Source: Anaerolineaceae bacterium (lineage in GTDB: Bacteria; Chloroflexota; Anaerolineae; Anaerolineales; Anaerolineaceae). Taken from it: a stretch of DNA of 64,000 nucleotides. The position numbers and the translations under genes are program-made. Numbering within the stretch: the stretch's first letter is position 1; every line of letters begins with the position of its first letter. Shown one piece after another: positions 16,655-25,299 of this stretch. Location of the stretch: contig JAXGXM010000008.1 in assembly GCA_040772785.1 (NCBI GenBank), forward strand, positions 6,344 through 70,343, given 5' to 3'. The notes under the pieces are model-generated. The model worked only from the letters and a program-made list of their open reading frames with translations. It ran no database searches and was not told the origin of the DNA.

Positions 16655-18733
16655 CTACTTGCCTGCCAGGAAGTCGTAGAGAATAAAGTGATCGGGTCCA
16701 TCGATGGATTTACGCTCCCGCAAGCGATCCTCGAAGATCGATCGATACGGGTTCGATTCCAGCAGAGTATAAGGGTTCCCGAAGACGTAATCAAGCCCCA
16801 TAAGTTCCAGGAATTCATCCGCGGTTCCGTTCCTCATCGCTTCAAAATATGCCACACTGTTGATCAGCCCATCAAGATTCACGATCGTTCTGTTCTGGAT
16901 GAAATATGCTGTCTCACCACCGCCTGTCATACCGATCAAAGAGCCCTCCGGAGTTTCCTTCTCAAGCGATCTTATCTGCACAATATATTCAATTTCTTCT
17001 TCAGCGGGAATTGCGTAAGGATATTGGCGAACAAGGTATCTTGTGTGAAGGAACATCAGCAATACTGCCGCGGCGAATAGCAGGATTAGGTTGGGGGCAT
17101 TCCTCTTGGTTAGTTGACGGAATTTTTCGAAAATCTTCGAGCTGAATACCGCGCCTAGGAGCACAAGCAGCATTGATTCGGGCACCCAGTACCAGCTTCG
17201 GCTGTGACCGTATCCACGCGCTGCATAATACGCGATGTGCAGGAAGCATCCAATGGTAAGCGCGGGGATGAGAAGTGAAAATGATTTCCGCGCCAGGTAG
17301 CCGTCTTTTCTGGATAATAGGTAGACCATCAATATGAAGAATGTGAACAATAACGCCAGGAAGAGCAGCAGGGGAAGGTCATTTGCATCGCGTTTGAACA
17401 GGTTGCGCAGGAAGATCGCGCTATCCGCGATGATGGTTGTGATCAGCGACCAGGGGCTGTTACCGCTTCCCGGTGTCAATCCCAACAGGCTGACGAGCGT
17501 GTCGTTTTTCTTATAGATCGTGTTGGCAAGGGTGCCCCACCAGTTCTTCACCTGACCGCTGATAGGTGAGAGGGTGCCAAAAACACTCCGGTTCATCAGC
17601 ATATACCCGCCCACTAATAAAGAGATCGGCAATGAGTACACTACCCCGTTCCTGAAGATGAAAGGAACATCTTTTTCAATCCACTTAACAAAAGCCCGCC
17701 AGGGTGAGGGTGACCCACTCCTGCCTTGCCCCTTGTAAAAGATGCGAATGACCGCGATGCCTGCCATTGATAGACCCACCGCGATCAGTGTCAAGGAGCG
17801 GGAGATAAGCAGCTCAAAGCCAATGATCCGCAGCAGCATGAGCGCCCCGTATACCAGCACCGGAGAAATGATGCAGACCAGGATCAGGCGAAGGAGGAAC
17901 TCCCGATTCTTATCCTTATTCCACACTGAATAAAAACCACTAAAGAATAGAACGATCGTGATGATACTCATACTGGTAAGCATCAACGGATAGATGGAAT
18001 AGTTATTGTGTGTTGTTGGATTCGTGCCAAAGCGTATGATCCACGCTAAAACGGACATGATCAAAATGATTACCAGGTCGTAAATGATGAGTCGTTTGAT
18101 ACGTTTGATGCGAAATACGACGAACGTTCCGATCAAGCCAACCACGAAAATGTTGTCCAGGCGGCTCAAAATGGCAAGTGCGGAAAAAATCCCCAGCAGG
18201 ATGTAATCCCGCATCTTCGGCGCGGAATCGGTTTCGAGCAGTGGGACGCCTTTCAATAGAAGAAGCGCAATGAACAAGGCGCTCAGTCCGGATTCCAGTC
18301 CCTTGGTGGTGTAGTTGTTGTAGATCATCGGAAGCAGCGCCCATACCAGCGCACCGAGGATCGCAGCGTGAGGATGCAGGTAGCGGCGCAGCAAGCGAAA
18401 TAGGATCACCCCGGTGAGTCCGTTCAATAACCCGCTTACAAGAATCAGCACGCGCAGCGGAAGCAGCAGGTGAAACCTCGCCAGCCAGAAGACCGCCAGG
18501 CAGACCAGCATCCACAATGGATGGTAACCATTGGTGAGGTTAACCTGGTCGAATGTGAAACCGTGACCTTCGATAACGTTCCGGGCGACCTGGTAGTAGA
18601 AAAAGGCATCGTCGATCGAATACCAGTTCATCATACTGTTGGCGGGCGTCATGGCAGTATAAAGACTCCCGCTGATTCCCAGCAGGAGAATTGCGATTTG
18701 TGCAAAAATGAGCGCTCTTTTGGTCAGACCCAT
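16655..18733 (-). CDS. Large polytopic membrane protein (692 aa), GT-C-like or polymerase-like, with C-terminal soluble domain
   Basis: More than 14 hydrophobic segments, then a ~130-aa C-terminal domain (GMTGGGETAYF..NLDGLIN). No family was recognised with certainty. Confidence 0.45.
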   Translation of the reverse strand: MGLTKRALIFAQIAILLLGISGSLYTAMTPANSMMNWYSIDDAFFYYQVARNVIEGHGFTFDQVNLTNGYHPLWMLVCLAVFWLARFHLLLPLRVLILVSGLLNGLTGVILFRLLRRYLHPHAAILGALVWALLPMIYNNYTTKGLESGLSALFIALLLLKGVPLLETDSAPKMRDYILLGIFSALAILSRLDNIFVVGLIGTFVVFRIKRIKRLIIYDLVIILIMSVLAWIIRFGTNPTTHNNYSIYPLMLTSMSIITIVLFFSGFYSVWNKDKNREFLLRLILVCIISPVLVYGALMLLRIIGFELLISRSLTLIAVGLSMAGIAVIRIFYKGQGRSGSPSPWRAFVKWIEKDVPFIFRNGVVYSLPISLLVGGYMLMNRSVFGTLSPISGQVKNWWGTLANTIYKKNDTLVSLLGLTPGSGNSPWSLITTIIADSAIFLRNLFKRDANDLPLLLFLALLFTFFILMVYLLSRKDGYLARKSFSLLIPALTIGCFLHIAYYAARGYGHSRSWYWVPESMLLVLLGAVFSSKIFEKFRQLTKRNAPNLILLFAAAVLLMFLHTRYLVRQYPYAIPAEEEIEYIVQIRSLEKETPEGSLIGMTGGGETAYFIQNRTIVNLDGLINSVAYFEAMRNGTADEFLELMGLDYVFGNPYTLLESNPYRSIFEDRLRERKSIDGPDHFILYDFLAGK

Positions 18734-18734
18734 T

Positions 18735-19418
18735 CTATGATTTTCGGGCTTTGATCATCATTTCGACCATTTTCAGGTCGATCTCTTCGTCAATATCAAG
18801 GGATTCTTCCGGGTCGGTTTCAAACAGAATCGGATCGTCTCCGATACGGGTGCCTTTTTTCGCCAGCGTGGCTGCTGAAAACAGGTAAATACAGGAATTC
18901 TCTTCATACACCGGCGGCAGGTCCTGGGTTTGGATCAGTACGCGCGGATCGTGATTGATCGCTCTGCCCTCATGGTCATACAAGCGGGTCTGCAGACGTG
19001 TAACCGAGAACAACGAATCTTTGCCCGGGTAGGCAGCAAGAAATGTGTGTATTGCTTTTGTAATCGTAGTCGCTTTCAGCAGCGGATTGGTGGAATGTGT
19101 TTGCAGGTAGAAATCAGCGGGCGCCTGGCTGATATCGTGTTGCAGGATTGTGTTCATTGAAATGTCATCTGCGCGCAATTCTTGCGGGCGATCGATGACT
19201 TTTATGGTCGGAAAGGACGCGAGCAACCCCTCGATGATTACCGGGCTGTCTGTGTCAACCACGATTTCCGCGATCTCAGAGACAGAAAGGAGCGTGGTCA
19301 GAATATGCTGGTATAAGGGTTTCCCATCCAGCAGGCGGTAATTCTTGTTTGGCACCCGCTGGGAATGATGACGCATGGGTACCAGTGCGGTTATCTTGGG
19401 GCGTGATTCCTCAGGCAT
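18735..19418 (-). CDS. Acylneuraminate cytidylyltransferase family (CMP-ulosonic acid synthetase)
   Basis: ALVPMRHHSQRVPNKNYRLLDGKPL, VVDTDS and LQTHSTNPL match the CTP_transf_3 pattern. Confidence 0.7.
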   Translation of the reverse strand: MPEESRPKITALVPMRHHSQRVPNKNYRLLDGKPLYQHILTTLLSVSEIAEIVVDTDSPVIIEGLLASFPTIKVIDRPQELRADDISMNTILQHDISQAPADFYLQTHSTNPLLKATTITKAIHTFLAAYPGKDSLFSVTRLQTRLYDHEGRAINHDPRVLIQTQDLPPVYEENSCIYLFSAATLAKKGTRIGDDPILFETDPEESLDIDEEIDLKMVEMMIKARKS

Positions 19419-19445
19419 TTGCTATCCTTCCTATATTTCGGTCGA

Positions 19446-19733
19446 TCATCCGCCGGTAATAACGGACATCAGGTGCAGGTGTTCGCCATCTTTTACAGGA
19501 TCATTAATCACCATCGCGGGGTTGGCATAGTCACCATCGATGATGAACATATTTGAACTGAGGAAGGTCTCACCATCCCCGGCGATCAGTACGCCGATAA
19601 GCGGGGGGTAGAGCTCTCCAAGATGGCGGATGAGGTCGCGATAGGTGGAGCCTTCCGGCAGGCTCAATGTTTTCTGTGCAGTGCCGGTGATGGTTTTCGA
19701 TAAACCGGTAAACTCAACAATAACGGTAAGCAT
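19446..19733 (-). CDS. MoaD/ThiS-like ubiquitin-fold protein ending in Gly-Gly
   Basis: 95 aa with a beta-grasp-like pattern (LSLPEGSTYRDLIRHL..., DGEHLHLMSVITGG). The C-terminal GG immediately precedes the stop. It is packed within 24-27 nt of both neighbours. Confidence 0.6.
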   Translation of the reverse strand: MLTVIVEFTGLSKTITGTAQKTLSLPEGSTYRDLIRHLGELYPPLIGVLIAGDGETFLSSNMFIIDGDYANPAMVINDPVKDGEHLHLMSVITGG

Positions 19734-19757
19734 GGATTTCTCCTTTCACACTCACCG

Positions 19758-20702
19758 CTAATTATACTGAATAGGTTGTACATCGCGCTGCCCGGTTTGT
19801 TTTTTATCGCCAGCCGGGTCGCGGGGGTAATAGAAAGCCTTCTTCAAGTGCCACGTTAGTGGACCGGACAGCCGGTAGCCCTGGTAGGTTCCGTAGAACT
19901 GACGCCAGCGAAAACCAGCGATCTTCCACCAGTTGGCTGAAAACGCTTTTTGCCGCCCGGCTTCCCGCCAATCGCTGATCACGTTTTGAAAAAATAGTTT
20001 GCCGAGATCGCGCAAATGGAAGGTCTCGTGCGGGTAGATGCGCTTAAAAGCCATCGCTTCACGTTTGTAGCGGTTGAAGATGCCCGCCAGGCTTTCGTTG
20101 TGTACGTGGATCACCTCGGCTTCAGCGCTGTAGGTGATGCCGTGTCCCTGTTCCTGCGCCCACTTACCCCATTCAAGGTCTTCCAGACCAGGCAGTGTTT
20201 CGTCGTAGGCATGTTCTTCCCATAGCTTGCGCCGGATGGCAGAATTGGCATTATTGCAAAAAGGAAGAGTCTGCCACTTAACCGATTCGTCGGGATACCA
20301 GTGATGAAAGATCTGGTGTTCTGAAAAGTGCGTGGTCGCTGCGCCGCGTTGTTTTCCATAAACCAGCGCGATTCGATCGTCTTCAAATGGTTCCAGCAGT
20401 CGCTCCAACCAATCCGGATAGACCGGGTACACGTGGGCGCTTGCCATCACGATTATCGGCGCGGCGGCATGTTGGATGCCGAGGTTGAGCGAACGTCCGA
20501 AGGTGAAATCCTGGGGGGCGATTTCAACGATCTCCACGGGGTAGTCCTGCGCAACGAGCCTGGTGTTGTCCGTTGAACCAGAGTCAACCAGGATGATCTG
20601 CGTGTTTTTTACACGCTGTTCCTGTATGCCTTGCAGCAGCCGGCCGAGGTGTTTTTCCTCGTTATACGCGCGAATGATGATCGAGCACTGCGGATTGGTC
20701 AT
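19758..20702 (-). CDS. Glycosyltransferase family 2
   Basis: CSIIIRAYNEEKHL and VDSGSTDNT. Confidence 0.8.
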   Translation of the reverse strand: MTNPQCSIIIRAYNEEKHLGRLLQGIQEQRVKNTQIILVDSGSTDNTRLVAQDYPVEIVEIAPQDFTFGRSLNLGIQHAAAPIIVMASAHVYPVYPDWLERLLEPFEDDRIALVYGKQRGAATTHFSEHQIFHHWYPDESVKWQTLPFCNNANSAIRRKLWEEHAYDETLPGLEDLEWGKWAQEQGHGITYSAEAEVIHVHNESLAGIFNRYKREAMAFKRIYPHETFHLRDLGKLFFQNVISDWREAGRQKAFSANWWKIAGFRWRQFYGTYQGYRLSGPLTWHLKKAFYYPRDPAGDKKQTGQRDVQPIQYN

Positions 20703-22309
20703 AACGGGTAGGTTAGCTCTCCTTTTCCAAGGATTCCATCCAGCAATGTTTTAACCGTAGCTGATTGCTCTGGTGTCAACCGATCGAGCGGAAAATCCTT
20801 GAGTTTCACATAGCCCTTCCATATTTGATCATCTTCCAGGAATTCGCCAAATTCCAGGGATGTTGCGAACAGCTGGTAGTATAGAAAGCGCCTGGCGTTG
20901 TGCATGAATTGCGGGGGAATTTCGATATCGTCAGCGGATAACAGCTGTTCCAGGAGCTGATTGTATGTCTCCGGAGAAGAGGGGTAGAATGCGGTTTCGA
21001 GCTGCGTAAAACGCGCTTTTCCTCCCGCGATGACCGGTTTTCCGAGCAGCGTGGCTTCCAACCCGATGGTCGAGTTGTACACCATTACCAGGTGTGAACG
21101 ATGTATAAGTTCATAGGAATTTACAAATTCATTGCTGTCGTAAAAAACCACGTTTGGCAGATCAAGAATTCCTGAGGCGCGCACCCAATTCCCCACGCTT
21201 TCGCGGCTCTCCTTCCCGGGGCGGCTTTCATCCGGGTGGGCGCGCAAAACGAAGAGGATCGCGGGGTGAGCACGGGCGATCTCCTGCACATTTTCCAGCC
21301 AGGCGAACATGTGGGAAAAGATCGTGTTGGCGTGCACCTGGCTTGTATCGAAGATGACATTTGTGAAAACCGGAACGATTTTGCTGTACTTTTCAGCTTT
21401 CTCGATGAATGCTGGGTCCAGAGGCTTGATCTCAGGCCAGAAGCGGATGCCCGCCATTGAGAAGTCTCCTTTGAACCGGTCAGCCAGGTAATCATCCAGG
21501 CGTTTGTTCATTTCAGCACTCAGTTGAAAGCCCGGGTCGATATCCATCGGGTAAGCGGTAGCTTCACCTGTTGTGAAGAAAGCGGTGTAAGGGCGCAGAC
21601 CTACTTCGTGAGTGATCACACGAATGCCTTTTTGCAGGCAGGCGTGACGGACTGCCGCCTCGGGGTAGAACATGCCGTTAAATACAACTACAGCACGAGG
21701 GTTTTCTGTTTGGATCAGGTTGGAAAACTGGTGGTAGACGTTCCAGGCAGAAATGATGAACGCGCGCATAAAAGCACGATTTTGTTCATTATCCAGCAGG
21801 GTGTGGCGGCGCAGTACCCAGCGCAGCGAGTTGAGCGCCCAGAATCCCAGCGGGTTTTCCTGGTAAGTGAAGGATTCCAGTTCATTCACGGAGAGATCCG
21901 AGAGCAATTGTTCCAACTCGGGGTATTCCTCAGCCTTAAACCAGCGCGTATCCATACCGCTGAAAACCGCCCGGCTTTGCCTGGTGCAGTACTCGCACGG
22001 GGGAGGAGTTGTGAAATCATCCCGGTTGCTGCCCAGCACACAGCGCTCAAGACCTCTGTCACACACAAACTGGATAACCGGTACCCCTGCCAGCCTCACC
22101 ATCAGGGCGGTCAGCAGTGAATACGCCGCGTTCTGGCTCATCGCCTGTAACCGGGTCGAAGCGTTGAAGAAGATGACCGGACGCCTGTCATCGGTTTTCA
22201 ATGCTTCTTGGTTCACATTTTCAATTAGCGCCTGCCAGCGCTGATTGCCTTTACGGTGCACCAATCGCTGGCGGATGCCGTTCTTTATCCTCTGGTAGGT
22301 AGGTTTCAA
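20699..22309 (-). CDS. Capsule polysaccharide biosynthesis (KpsC/KpsS, Capsule_synth)-like protein
   Basis: LRAHPDE and VYNSTIGLEATLLGKPVIAGGKARF resemble the KpsS/KpsC C-terminal core. It has an extra Cys cluster CDRGLERC...CEYC. It is a paralog of 36767-38371. Confidence 0.5.
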   Translation of the reverse strand: MKPTYQRIKNGIRQRLVHRKGNQRWQALIENVNQEALKTDDRRPVIFFNASTRLQAMSQNAAYSLLTALMVRLAGVPVIQFVCDRGLERCVLGSNRDDFTTPPPCEYCTRQSRAVFSGMDTRWFKAEEYPELEQLLSDLSVNELESFTYQENPLGFWALNSLRWVLRRHTLLDNEQNRAFMRAFIISAWNVYHQFSNLIQTENPRAVVVFNGMFYPEAAVRHACLQKGIRVITHEVGLRPYTAFFTTGEATAYPMDIDPGFQLSAEMNKRLDDYLADRFKGDFSMAGIRFWPEIKPLDPAFIEKAEKYSKIVPVFTNVIFDTSQVHANTIFSHMFAWLENVQEIARAHPAILFVLRAHPDESRPGKESRESVGNWVRASGILDLPNVVFYDSNEFVNSYELIHRSHLVMVYNSTIGLEATLLGKPVIAGGKARFTQLETAFYPSSPETYNQLLEQLLSADDIEIPPQFMHNARRFLYYQLFATSLEFGEFLEDDQIWKGYVKLKDFPLDRLTPEQSATVKTLLDGILGKGELTYPL

Positions 22310-23181
22310 TCCTGGATCCGTCTCAATTTTCGCAGCGAAGGTTTTTCGCTTTCATAGACTTTTTTGACACCATCACCGATTGCGGCTTCAGTGACGCGGA
22401 TGTATTTCACCAGTCTCTCAAAGCCGCCCGGTTCAACGGAAGCTGCCTGGTCTGAACCCCAAAGCGCCCGGTCGAGTGTAATGTGGCGCTCCACCAGGCA
22501 AGCGCCCAATCCCACCGCCACAGCAGAGGTGACCAAACCGACCTCATGACCCGAATATCCAATCGGGCAGTTGAACATGTCGCGCAGGGTGTGGATCATT
22601 CGCAGGTTCAACTCATACGGGTCGCATGGGTAGGAACTGGTGGTGTGGGTGATGATGAGGTTGTCTTCACCGATCAGGCTTACCGCAGACTTGATCTGGT
22701 CGAGGGTGGACATTCCCGTGGAAAGGATAAGAGGCCTGCCGGTCGACCGTAGGTGTTTCAGGAGACCGCTATCGGTAAGCGAGGCTGAAGGAACTTTGTA
22801 AGCGATGGGATTGTATTTTTCCATGAAATCGACAGAGGGTTCATCCCATACGGAGACAAACCAGTCTATACCCGTCTCGCGTGCGAAAGAGTCAATGTCA
22901 TCATATTCCTCTTCCGTAAATTCCACCTTGTAGCGATAGTCCAGGTACGAGATGTAACCCCAGGGGGTCTCGCGCATCTGGTTGCGCTGATCAAGGGGAA
23001 CACACAATTCCGGTGTCCGCTTCTGAAATTTCACTGCGTCCACATTAGCGCGCTTGCCAACCTGGATGAGTTCCTTGGCGATGCCAAGATCTCCGTTATG
23101 GTTGATCCCGATCTCGGCGACGAGATACGCCGGGTGACCATCACCGATCCATTTGTTTCCGATCTTTACTTCTCTTGCCAT
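22306..23181 (-). CDS. NeuB-family (N-acetylneuraminate/ulosonate) synthase lacking the C-terminal SAF domain
   Basis: YLVAEIGINHNGDLGIAKELI..DAVKFQKR and GYSGHEVG. The likely start is the MAREVKIG ATG at 23181, 22 nt after the upstream stop. That gives ~291 aa ending right after the TIM barrel. Confidence 0.8.
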   Translation of the reverse strand: MAREVKIGNKWIGDGHPAYLVAEIGINHNGDLGIAKELIQVGKRANVDAVKFQKRTPELCVPLDQRNQMRETPWGYISYLDYRYKVEFTEEEYDDIDSFARETGIDWFVSVWDEPSVDFMEKYNPIAYKVPSASLTDSGLLKHLRSTGRPLILSTGMSTLDQIKSAVSLIGEDNLIITHTTSSYPCDPYELNLRMIHTLRDMFNCPIGYSGHEVGLVTSAVAVGLGACLVERHITLDRALWGSDQAASVEPGGFERLVKYIRVTEAAIGDGVKKVYESEKPSLRKLRRIQD

Positions 23182-23203
23182 TGAATTCTCCTGTGAAAAG
23201 AGG

Positions 23204-24445
23204 TTATTTACCAAATTTTTGTAAAAGCATATCGCAGAATTCCCGCACTGCACCGCGGCCACCCTTGCGATTAAGGACAAGGTCAGCGCTTCTTATAACT
23301 TCGGGTTCCGCGTCAGCAGGCACAACAGCGTACCCTGCCATGTCAAGGCATCCCAGGTCGTTGACATCATTACCGATGAACACGATCTCTTCTGCTGAAA
23401 TCCCCTTTTGCTGCATCACATTGCGCAGCACAGCGGGTTTGTCTTTTATCCCCTGGTAGACTTCCAGTTTGAGTTTTTTGCAGCGAGCTGTTACCACCGG
23501 GTTGACCTCGGTGGAGATGACGATAAACTCAATGGGTAACGCTTCGCGTACCAGCCGGATGCCCATGCTGTCGCCGCGCGACGTTGCCACTTTCTCAACA
23601 CCATTTTCATCTACATAAACGATATTGTCGGTCAACACGCCGTCAAAATCCATCGCTACCAGCGAAATCTTAGATGGAAAATGCCGTCTCCGGCTGGCAG
23701 GATCGACCATGTCAAGGTCGCCGTTGCGCACAAGCCATTCGTAGCGCTGCCAGTCAAACGGCGTATCGATATCCACTGTGTAGCGGGCGTCAATTAAGTA
23801 AGGGAGTATCACTTTGCCGCTCATGGAGGCCTGCTCAAGGATGACACTCGGGCGGATGACATCGATGTGCCCGGTCTGCCAGTAAGTGGGTGGCAGCGCC
23901 TGTCGCGGAGAATTGAATGGTTCAGCCAGGTCTTCAAGTTCAAGCAGCGGGGTCATTGGCTGATCCTTGCCAGTCAACCGCCACATTTTGTAGGGGTTCT
24001 GACCGCTGGGCACCACCCCGCGCACGCTGTCCGCTTCAGGATGTTTTTGCAGGAGCGCGACCGCCTCATCCACGCATTGACGCGGGCGGATGGGGGAGGT
24101 GGGGCGCAGTTGGATCACCAGGTCAGGCGAATAGTTCTCGTTGTCTTTCAGCCATTTCAGGGCGTGCTCAAAAACCGGCAGGTCAGTGGTCTGATCCTGC
24201 GCCAGTTCCGGTGGGCGGATGAAAGGTGTCTCAGCGCCAAATTGCCGCGCAACCGCGGCGATCTCCTCGTCATCGGTCGAAACGATCACCCGGGTGACGC
24301 TCTGAGATTGCAGTGCAGCGGCGATGCTGTAACTGATCAGCGGATAACCGGCGAACAGTTTGATGTTCTTGCGCGGAATGCCTTTGGAGCCGCCGCGCGC
24401 CGGGATCACTGCGAGGACTTCTGTTCTCTTTACCACGCTGTCCAT
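23204..24445 (-). CDS. Fusion protein: CMP-N-acylneuraminate cytidylyltransferase (N-terminal) plus HAD KdsC-type phosphatase (C-terminal)
   Basis: The N-terminal part has AVIPARGGSKGIPRKN, VSTDD and LRPTSP. The C-terminal part has MDFDGVLTDN, SRGDSMG and IGNDVNDL (HAD motifs I-IV, subfamily IIIA KdsC/NANP-like). Confidence 0.8.
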   Translation of the reverse strand: MDSVVKRTEVLAVIPARGGSKGIPRKNIKLFAGYPLISYSIAAALQSQSVTRVIVSTDDEEIAAVARQFGAETPFIRPPELAQDQTTDLPVFEHALKWLKDNENYSPDLVIQLRPTSPIRPRQCVDEAVALLQKHPEADSVRGVVPSGQNPYKMWRLTGKDQPMTPLLELEDLAEPFNSPRQALPPTYWQTGHIDVIRPSVILEQASMSGKVILPYLIDARYTVDIDTPFDWQRYEWLVRNGDLDMVDPASRRRHFPSKISLVAMDFDGVLTDNIVYVDENGVEKVATSRGDSMGIRLVREALPIEFIVISTEVNPVVTARCKKLKLEVYQGIKDKPAVLRNVMQQKGISAEEIVFIGNDVNDLGCLDMAGYAVVPADAEPEVIRSADLVLNRKGGRGAVREFCDMLLQKFGK

Positions 24446-25251
24446 CCTCCATCAACGATTACGTTGCCGCCTGTCATATATGAAGATGCGTCAGATGCCA
24501 GGAAGAGCAGCGCGCCGTTCATTTCATCCCTCTGCGCCATGCGCCCAATGACGGTGCGTGCGGAATAGTTGCGCACGAACTCCTCGTCATGATTGTTGTA
24601 TACCCCACCCGGCGTGAGCGCGTTGACGCGAATCTCGCTGCCGGCGTAATAAGTCGCCAGGTATTTGGTCAACCCCAGAATACCCGCCTTGGTGACCGTG
24701 TAGTAAACCGGTTTGAAAACTTTGGGCTGCCCGGGTTTTTCATAGATACGCTGGTCCGGTCCGCCAAGTCCGTAGGTGGAGCAGATATTGATGATCGACC
24801 CTTTGCCCTGTTTTACCATCTGACGCGCCGCTGCCTGTGAGACCAGGAAAGGTCCGGTGAGGTTGACGTTCAACGCGTCCTGCCACGACTGCAAAGGATA
24901 GGATTCGAACGCATTGCTGCTATCCTGCGTGTGCTCAGGGTCGAACTTGGGGTCGAGGGCGGCGCTGTTCACCAGCACATCGAGATGACCGGTATTGGCT
25001 ACGATCTGATCGATAACCGAGGCGGCTGAGGTTGAGTCGGTCACATCCAATCTGATCCCGTGAGCCGTGTATCCAGCAGCGCGCAAGGTGTCGGCAACCG
25101 CTTCTACCGCCTCAGCGTTGAGATCAGCGGCATAAACGACCGCGCCAGCCTGTGCCAGGGTTAGGCAGAACTCTTTTCCTAAAAGCCCAGCGCCGCCTGT
25201 AACGAGGGCTGTCTTGCCTTTTAGTGAGAATTTTTCAAATATTTCGGACAT
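24430..25251 (-). CDS. Short-chain dehydrogenase/reductase (SDR)
   Basis: TGGAGLLGK, NSAA and Y-x3-K (YTVTK). Confidence 0.85.
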   Translation of the reverse strand: MSEIFEKFSLKGKTALVTGGAGLLGKEFCLTLAQAGAVVYAADLNAEAVEAVADTLRAAGYTAHGIRLDVTDSTSAASVIDQIVANTGHLDVLVNSAALDPKFDPEHTQDSSNAFESYPLQSWQDALNVNLTGPFLVSQAAARQMVKQGKGSIINICSTYGLGGPDQRIYEKPGQPKVFKPVYYTVTKAGILGLTKYLATYYAGSEIRVNALTPGGVYNNHDEEFVRNYSARTVIGRMAQRDEMNGALLFLASDASSYMTGGNVIVDGGWTAW

Positions 25252-25299
25252 GCATCCTCCGGGTGGATCACTAAAATTTTACCAGACTACGATTCAGGC

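Noticed and set aside
23182-23280. Upstream extension of the SAF-less NeuB ORF (and likewise 35649-35720 for the RmlD-like ORF)
   Set aside because: The extensions overlap the preceding gene. Internal ATGs give N-termini that match the family (MAREVKIG..., MTHFLVTG...) and give normal gene spacing or an ATGA overlap.
23867-24568. 233-aa plus-strand ORF
   Set aside because: It is antisense to the well-supported cytidylyltransferase-HAD fusion and SDR genes and has an Arg/Gly-rich low-complexity translation. The same reasoning applies to 21524-22120, 40863-41393, 46180-46890, 54465-55094 and 57310-57849.
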